DNA of 64,000 nucleotides from Chthonomonadales bacterium (GTDB lineage Bacteria > Armatimonadota > Chthonomonadetes > Chthonomonadales > CAJBBX01), in NCBI GenBank assembly GCA_049967475.1, contig JBMFSQ010000003.1, forward strand, positions 32,001 through 96,000, in the 5' to 3' direction. Under the pieces are notes generated by a model. The model saw nothing but the letters and a program-made list of their open reading frames with translations, was not told the origin of the DNA and ran no database searches. This document shows positions 59,052 through 64,000 of this stretch, piece by piece (the first letter of the stretch is position 1; every line of letters starts with the position of its first letter). Position numbers and translations under genes: made by a program.

Positions 59052-60473
59052 TCATTGTTGTGGGAGTTCCTGTTGAGCATATACGGGCTCGGGTTCCAAC
59101 GCTTCGGCCCGCTCCACACGAAGGGTGAGGCCGTCCCGTCCAACCACCCGAACGGTATCACCCGAACGCACGGGCTCAGCCCCGGCATTCACAGCTCTCC
59201 AAAAAGCGCCGTCGCAAAACACCATGCCATGAGGATCCAGGTTCGTGCGTGCGATGCCGGTCTGACCGATGAGGGTCTCGGGTCCGCTTCCCGGCGGCCT
59301 CCGGCGCGCGCGGACTAGCGCCGCCAGCACGGTGCCGAAGAAAAGCGCTGTCACCAGCGCCAAACTGATGACTACGACCAACGACACTTGCACGCCGGTC
59401 TGTGCATCGTTGAAGATCATCAGTGCGCCTACGATGAAGGAAGCGATGCCGCCCACCGTCAATACGCCATGGGTGGGAGCGTAGAGATCCAGGCCGAACA
59501 GGAAGAATGCCAAGAGGATCAATGCCAACCCCGCTGCATTGACGGAAAGCACCGACATGGCGTAGAGGGAGAGGATCAATGCAATGGATCCGGCGACACC
59601 CGGCACGATGGCTCCCGGATGCTGGATTTCGGCGATGATGCCGTATAAGGCGACCGCTCCGAGGATCAGAGCGACATTGGGGTTGAGGAGGATCATGAGT
59701 AGGGATTGGATCCAGGAAGGCTCTTCAACTTCCTCGGCTGCCCCGGTTGTGCGAAGTGTCACCTGGCCGGCGGCCGTGTCCACGCGGCGGCCGTTAATGG
59801 CCTGCAGAAGCGCCGCCTGGCTCGGTGCTATGAGATCGGCGATATGTTGCGTGACGGCTTCGGATGCCGAAAGCGATATGGAGTTGCGAACGAACTGTTC
59901 GGCGATCTTGGCACTCTTGTGCCGCCTATCCGCCAAGGCCCGGCTAAAGGCAGCCATATCGTTGACCATCTTTGCCTTCATATCGCCGGGAATGTCGCCG
60001 CCTGTCATCAACACAGGGTGCGCTGCTCCGATATTGGTTGCCGGAGCCATGGCAAGAATATTGGCGGCCAAAGCAACGATGGCCCCTGCGGAGGCTGCCT
60101 GGGCACCATCCGGTGCGACATAGACCACGACGGGAACGCGCGCATTGAGAAAAAGCTGAGCGATGCCCCGCATGGCCTCCGCCTGGCCGCCGGGGGTGTT
60201 CATCCGCACCAGCAGACACTGCGCCCCGGCATCCTCGGCATGCTTCAGAGCATGGGCGATGTAATCACGTGTGGGCGGCATGATGAGGCCGTCAATGGTC
60301 GCTCCAACTATCAGGGGGCGTACGCCTTGGGCTAATGCCTGGCCGAGGGCTGCCTGTTCCGCCGGGCATAGGGTCATTCCGGCACACAGAAGCACCGTCG
60401 TGAGCCCACTCGCGCGGGCGCAGAAGCCGAACCTATGCCTGTTCGTGCGGTGAACAGATGGTGCATGGTTCAT
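59052..60473 (-). CDS. nfeD: NfeD-family membrane-bound ClpP-class serine protease
   Basis: NTPGG, AASAG (catalytic Ser), TNIGAAHPV, KMVND, TM region, C-terminal OB fold; paired with stomatin. Confidence 0.92.
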   Translation of the reverse strand: MNHAPSVHRTNRHRFGFCARASGLTTVLLCAGMTLCPAEQAALGQALAQGVRPLIVGATIDGLIMPPTRDYIAHALKHAEDAGAQCLLVRMNTPGGQAEAMRGIAQLFLNARVPVVVYVAPDGAQAASAGAIVALAANILAMAPATNIGAAHPVLMTGGDIPGDMKAKMVNDMAAFSRALADRRHKSAKIAEQFVRNSISLSASEAVTQHIADLIAPSQAALLQAINGRRVDTAAGQVTLRTTGAAEEVEEPSWIQSLLMILLNPNVALILGAVALYGIIAEIQHPGAIVPGVAGSIALILSLYAMSVLSVNAAGLALILLAFFLFGLDLYAPTHGVLTVGGIASFIVGALMIFNDAQTGVQVSLVVVISLALVTALFFGTVLAALVRARRRPPGSGPETLIGQTGIARTNLDPHGMVFCDGAFWRAVNAGAEPVRSGDTVRVVGRDGLTLRVERAEALEPEPVYAQQELPQQ

Positions 60474-60496
60474 CGCCTTCCCTCTCTTCCTGTAGC

Positions 60497-60525
60497 ATTA
60501 TGCGCCTTCCTGGCTCTACTGTCAA
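60497..60525 (-). promoter_or_regulatory. Putative sigma70 promoter of nfeD-stomatin
   Basis: Minus strand TTGACA-N17-CATAAT. Confidence 0.6.
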
Positions 60526-60531
60526 CAAGGG

Positions 60532-61170
60532 TTATTTGCGCAGAAGCCCCATGTTCACCAACGATTGCCGGAAGCCGTCTACCCACAAGTCCACGGCCTC
60601 GTACAACGCCCAAAGGATTGCGCCAAATACGGCTACTGCCGTGACGACGGTACGATTGAAAAGGGCGTCGTCTATTGCCTCCCATACGATGGCCGGGTGC
60701 GTGAAGGCATCCCAGGAATTGACGCGTTCGATCAAACCCATATATACGCCGAGGGAAATGAGAAAGAAGAACCCAGGGGCGAAAAGAAAAAAACGTCCCC
60801 CTGCTGCACGGAGCATCCGTTCCACCGGGCGGATGGCCAGCACGAACATGAGCATCCCGGCTCCGCTGTAGCCCAAAAAGAGCAGTGCGGACTTGGCTGT
60901 GGCCAGCATTGCCGCATGGTCTTGGCCTCTGCTGTTCTCAACAGACAGCATCCACTTGGGATCGAACAGAAGATGCCGCCACTCGGTAAGCAGGTAACAA
61001 CTGTTTGGGAGGAACAGGAACCAGACAACACCCAGCGCCAGTCCGAATGGAGCAGGGAGGCGCCGCTTCTTGGAGCCAGGATACCATCCCCATGCCAGAA
61101 GATGTGCGAGGGCCACCGGTATGAACGCCAGAAACAGGTTCCAGCCCGCCCACTTCAGAGCATTGGTCAA
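60532..61170 (-). CDS. DUF1361-like membrane protein
   Basis: WNLFLAFIP, WFLFLPNSCYLLTE, GVYMG..ERVNSWD. Confidence 0.82.
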   Translation of the reverse strand: MTNALKWAGWNLFLAFIPVALAHLLAWGWYPGSKKRRLPAPFGLALGVVWFLFLPNSCYLLTEWRHLLFDPKWMLSVENSRGQDHAAMLATAKSALLFLGYSGAGMLMFVLAIRPVERMLRAAGGRFFLFAPGFFFLISLGVYMGLIERVNSWDAFTHPAIVWEAIDDALFNRTVVTAVAVFGAILWALYEAVDLWVDGFRQSLVNMGLLRK

Positions 61171-61366
61171 CGTGTAGCTCCTTTCCCCGGCGGCAAACCG
61201 GGTATCCTGTATCTACCGGCTTTCTGAGGGTGGTTGATCCCATAGAAGCCGGCCGTCCGGCGAGGATCCGCAAATCCGCCGCATGCTTAGACGCATCGGA
61301 TGCAGGCGATGGTTCCCCGCAGGAACGCGCAATCCCTTCGATACACGCTTCGTGGAGGACACAAGA

Positions 61367-62155
61367 GTGAGCGAGCCCATTCTCAGCGGCCGACGCATTC
61401 TGGTTTGCGGAGCTCGGAACAAGTGGTCTATTGCCTGGCACTGCGCGCTGGCCCTCATGAGGGAGGGAGCCCGCACCGCATTCTCGGTGTACAGCGAACG
61501 GGAACGCGATGATGTGCGGAAGCTTCTGGAGGCTGAGGGTGCCGCCGACGCTCCCATCTACGTTTGCGACGCCACGAAGGATGAGGAAGTGTGTCGCATG
61601 TTCGAGGACGTTTCGGATGCCTTTGGCGGGCAATTAGACGGATTGGTACACGCCATCGCATTCGCCAAGCGCGAGGAACTTCAGGGAGAGTATATCAATA
61701 CATCTCAAGAAGGTTTCTCAATTGCCATGACCAGCAGCGTCTATACGCTGGTCTCTCTGGCGCGGGGGGCGCGGGAACTCATGAAGGCTGCCGGCGGCGG
61801 ATGCATCGTCACGCTCACGTATCTAGGGAGTGAGAAGGTGGTTCCCGGCTACAACGTGATGGGGGTGGCAAAGGCAGCCCTCGAGGCCAGCGTTCGCTAC
61901 CTGGCAGCCGACGTTGGCGGCGAGAATATCCGCGTCAATGCGGTGTCTGCGGGACCCATCAAGACGCTCGCAGCCAGCGGCATCGCCGGGCTCTCTTCTA
62001 TGCTGAAGCATGTAGCGGAGCACGCTCCATTGAAGCGCGGCGTGTCTGCGGACGAGGTTGCCGATGCGGTTACCTTCCTCATGAGCCCCTTGGCCCGCGG
62101 TATCACCGGAGAGGTGCTGTACGTGGATGCCGGGTACCATATCATGGGGATGTAA
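61367..62155 (+). CDS. fabI: Enoyl-ACP reductase
   Basis: SIAW, VHAIAFA, YNVMGVAKAALE, SAGPIKTLA, TGEVLYVDAG; GGAGG before GTG 61367. Confidence 0.95.
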   Translation: MSEPILSGRRILVCGARNKWSIAWHCALALMREGARTAFSVYSERERDDVRKLLEAEGAADAPIYVCDATKDEEVCRMFEDVSDAFGGQLDGLVHAIAFAKREELQGEYINTSQEGFSIAMTSSVYTLVSLARGARELMKAAGGGCIVTLTYLGSEKVVPGYNVMGVAKAALEASVRYLAADVGGENIRVNAVSAGPIKTLAASGIAGLSSMLKHVAEHAPLKRGVSADEVADAVTFLMSPLARGITGEVLYVDAGYHIMGM

Positions 62156-62156
62156 C

Positions 62157-62714
62157 ATGAGACCGACACGGGAGGATGCCTGGAAGCTCCTTACTGAGTT
62201 CACCCAGAGCGAAAGCTTGTTGAAGCATGGTCTGGCTGTGGAGGCTGCCATGGTGGGCTATGCCAGGCGTTTTGGCCAGGACGAGGAGCTTTGGGGTATC
62301 ACCGGCCTCATCCACGACTTCGACTATGAACGCTGGCCCTCGGCGCCAGATCATCCACTGAAGGGCATGGCGATCCTCCGGGAGAGGGGTTGGCCCGATG
62401 AGGTGATCCGGGCAATCGGAGGCCACGCGTCCTATACAGGCATCCCACGGGACACGCTCCTGGCAAAAACGTTGTTTGCCGTTGACGAGCTTTGCGGATT
62501 CATCATGGCCGTGGCGTATGTGCGCCCGTCGCGCAAGCTCGAGGATGTGCAGGTGTCCTCGGTGCGCAAGAAGATGAAGGACAAAGCCTTCGCACGGCAG
62601 GTGTCCCGCGAGGAAATCGTCCAAGGGGCCCAGGAGCTCGGCGTGGATTTGGACGAGCACATTGCCCAGTGCATCGCTGGGATGCGTGACGTCTCGGCCG
62701 CTCTGGGCCTTTGA
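62157..62714 (+). CDS. HDIG/HD-domain protein
   Basis: LLKHGLAVEAAM, GLIHDFDYE, AVDELCG, KKMKDKAFA. Confidence 0.88.
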   Translation: MRPTREDAWKLLTEFTQSESLLKHGLAVEAAMVGYARRFGQDEELWGITGLIHDFDYERWPSAPDHPLKGMAILRERGWPDEVIRAIGGHASYTGIPRDTLLAKTLFAVDELCGFIMAVAYVRPSRKLEDVQVSSVRKKMKDKAFARQVSREEIVQGAQELGVDLDEHIAQCIAGMRDVSAALGL

Positions 62715-62731
62715 AGGTCCGGGGGGCGCTG

Positions 62732-62974
62732 ATGATCGGGACTATTGCGAAGTGTGTCTACTTGGCGGGCGGCGCGGCGATAACGTGCTGGCTGGCGGTT
62801 GTGGTACGCCGGAGTTGGAAGCGCCTCGACGAACGTATTGCAGCGTTCCGTGCAGAGCAGGAAGCAAATCAGGGAGCGCCCCTGAATCCGTATCTGGCTC
62901 TTGCAGAATTGTACGCGGAAGCCCAGGCCGCCGATCGCAGGGCAAAGGCGCGCAAAAACCCCCGGAGGGGCTAA
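62732..62974 (+). CDS. Small hypothetical membrane protein
   Basis: One hydrophobic helix then a charged tail (RLDERIAAFRAEQE...NPYLALAELY). Confidence 0.55.
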   Translation: MIGTIAKCVYLAGGAAITCWLAVVVRRSWKRLDERIAAFRAEQEANQGAPLNPYLALAELYAEAQAADRRAKARKNPRRG

Positions 62975-63018
62975 GCACAGGAGCTTGCCTCCTTGCCGGG
63001 GGCGGTGGCCGCAGGGCG

Positions 63019-63303
63019 TTACTCTGCTAGATCGTCTGCTTCGTCCAGCAGGTCTGCATCCTCTTCCACGTCGTCTTCCAACGCGATGGGCGTTTCATCC
63101 AGATCTTCCACGACATCATCCGCATGAGCGAGCACCCGATGCGGATCCAGTTCCACCATTCCCGGTGGGCGCGGATGCCGCTGCCTGCACTCGTCGCACT
63201 GGAACTTCACTTTGGCGGTGGAGAGCCAGGATGGTATGGAGGGGATGGGTTTGCCGCATTCAAAGCAGGTAACTTCGTTAATCGCTAGATCTTCAAGGCT
63301 CAT
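63019..63303 (-). CDS. Small zinc-ribbon protein with a strongly acidic C-terminal tail
   Basis: CFEC...CDEC; 18 of the last 34 residues are D/E; GGAAGG before ATG 63303. Confidence 0.72.
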   Translation of the reverse strand: MSLEDLAINEVTCFECGKPIPSIPSWLSTAKVKFQCDECRQRHPRPPGMVELDPHRVLAHADDVVEDLDETPIALEDDVEEDADLLDEADDLAE

Positions 63304-63322
63304 ACGCACACCTTCCATTGGG

Positions 63323-63616
63323 TCAGGGCTCCCGGCGCTTGACCGGCGCCGGCCCGGAGGCTTTGTTGGGGGTCGAGCCTGTGTCGGCTGTGGCTGCTCG
63401 TGTTGCCCGGATTTCGTGCCGGCGAGCATTCCAGATGGACACGGCTCCGTTCACGAGCATTAGGATCGCCGCCGCCAGATATTCCAGCCACGCATACGTG
63501 TTGGTGGGCTGCCCCGGTTCCGTCAGGAGCGCATTGCCCTTCACCATGCCGGCAATGCTGATGAAAAGCAGAATAATGCCGATGAGAATGAACCCGTTAA
63601 GATAGCGCAAAGACAC
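63323..63616 (-). CDS. Small two-helix membrane protein
   Basis: Two hydrophobic helices flanking ALLTEPGQ. Confidence 0.62.
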   Translation of the reverse strand: MSLRYLNGFILIGIILLFISIAGMVKGNALLTEPGQPTNTYAWLEYLAAAILMLVNGAVSIWNARRHEIRATRAATADTGSTPNKASGPAPVKRREP

Positions 63617-63649
63617 GCATCACCCCAAATCCAAAGGCTGGAACCGTTT

Positions 63650-63680
63650 ATTGTAGCCGCAAAGCGCGTGTGTCTGTCAA
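63650..63680 (-). promoter_or_regulatory. Possible sigma70 promoter with a long spacer
   Basis: Minus strand TTGACA-N19-TACAAT upstream of the two small genes. Confidence 0.35.
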
Positions 63681-63682
63681 CA

Positions 63683-64000
63683 TCACGGTGACGATCGGTT
63701 GCTCTGGGCGCTTTCTTCGGCTTCGCGGAGCATCTGAGCGGCATATTGCCTCCATTCGGACGCGGGGTAATCCTCGAGGAACTCCCGCAGTCCATCCGCA
63801 GCGCGGTGGTGTGCGTGGAGCCTCCGGAGGAGCAACACACAGGCACGGAGCGCGGCTGCATCGGAGTTCCAGTGTTTGGCGGCTCGTTGCAGGAGCGCAA
63901 CGGCCTGTTCGGTGGCGCCTAGCTCTTCCAGTCCCGAGGCTACAAAAAGGGCTTCTTCATGCGTCAGGCCAAGATCATCACCCGGCAATTGTTCCTGTAT
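63683..64000 (-). CDS. C-terminal end of a helical-repeat (TPR-like) protein; 5' part lies outside the window
   Basis: Frame open to the window edge; ends with FLEDYPASEWRQYA. Confidence 0.6.
   Translation of the reverse strand: MQEQLPGDDLGLTHEEALFVASGLEELGATEQAVALLQRAAKHWNSDAAALRACVLLLRRLHAHHRAADGLREFLEDYPASEWRQYAAQMLREAEESAQSNRSSP

Noticed and set aside
1..64000. CRISPR arrays, IS elements, integrases, prophage genes, rRNA and tRNA
   Set aside because: No spaced direct repeats, transposase or integrase motifs, or RNA gene signatures were seen by eye; short or degenerate elements could have been missed.

Overview
A gene-dense, GC-rich bacterial chromosomal window of about 60 CDSs. I found no rRNA, tRNA, CRISPR array or transposase. 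Gene content (DUF1559/H-X9-DG prepilin-like protein, CRTAC1/ASPIC-UnbV lipoproteins, DUF6785-like membrane protein, many TPR proteins) suggests Armatimonadota or a similar lineage; this is an inference. Core blocks: the 3' part of gcvP plus a lipoate ligase-family gene; recG-coaD-DivIVA-like-yceD-rpmF-plsX-fabH-fabD-fabG-acpP-fabF-rnc; mtnP-mtnA-apt-NCS2 permease; sbcD/sbcC; nfeD-stomatin; fabI. Most notable: (1) a RING-finger plus double zinc-ribbon gene wedged between sbcD and sbcC; (2) a DprA-like / DUF6785-like / small membrane protein / DUF1559 pilin / TPR / CRTAC1 surface locus with a structured leader; (3) a divergent NO-reductase / persulfide-response locus carrying four frame-breaking lesions (two in-frame TGA in qNor, single-base insertions in dsrE-like and sqr-like genes) that the ORF track splits or truncates; (4) three clustered DUF421 paralogues beside a ferritin-like-VIT1 fusion. 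All family assignments come from motif recognition by eye; no searches were run.
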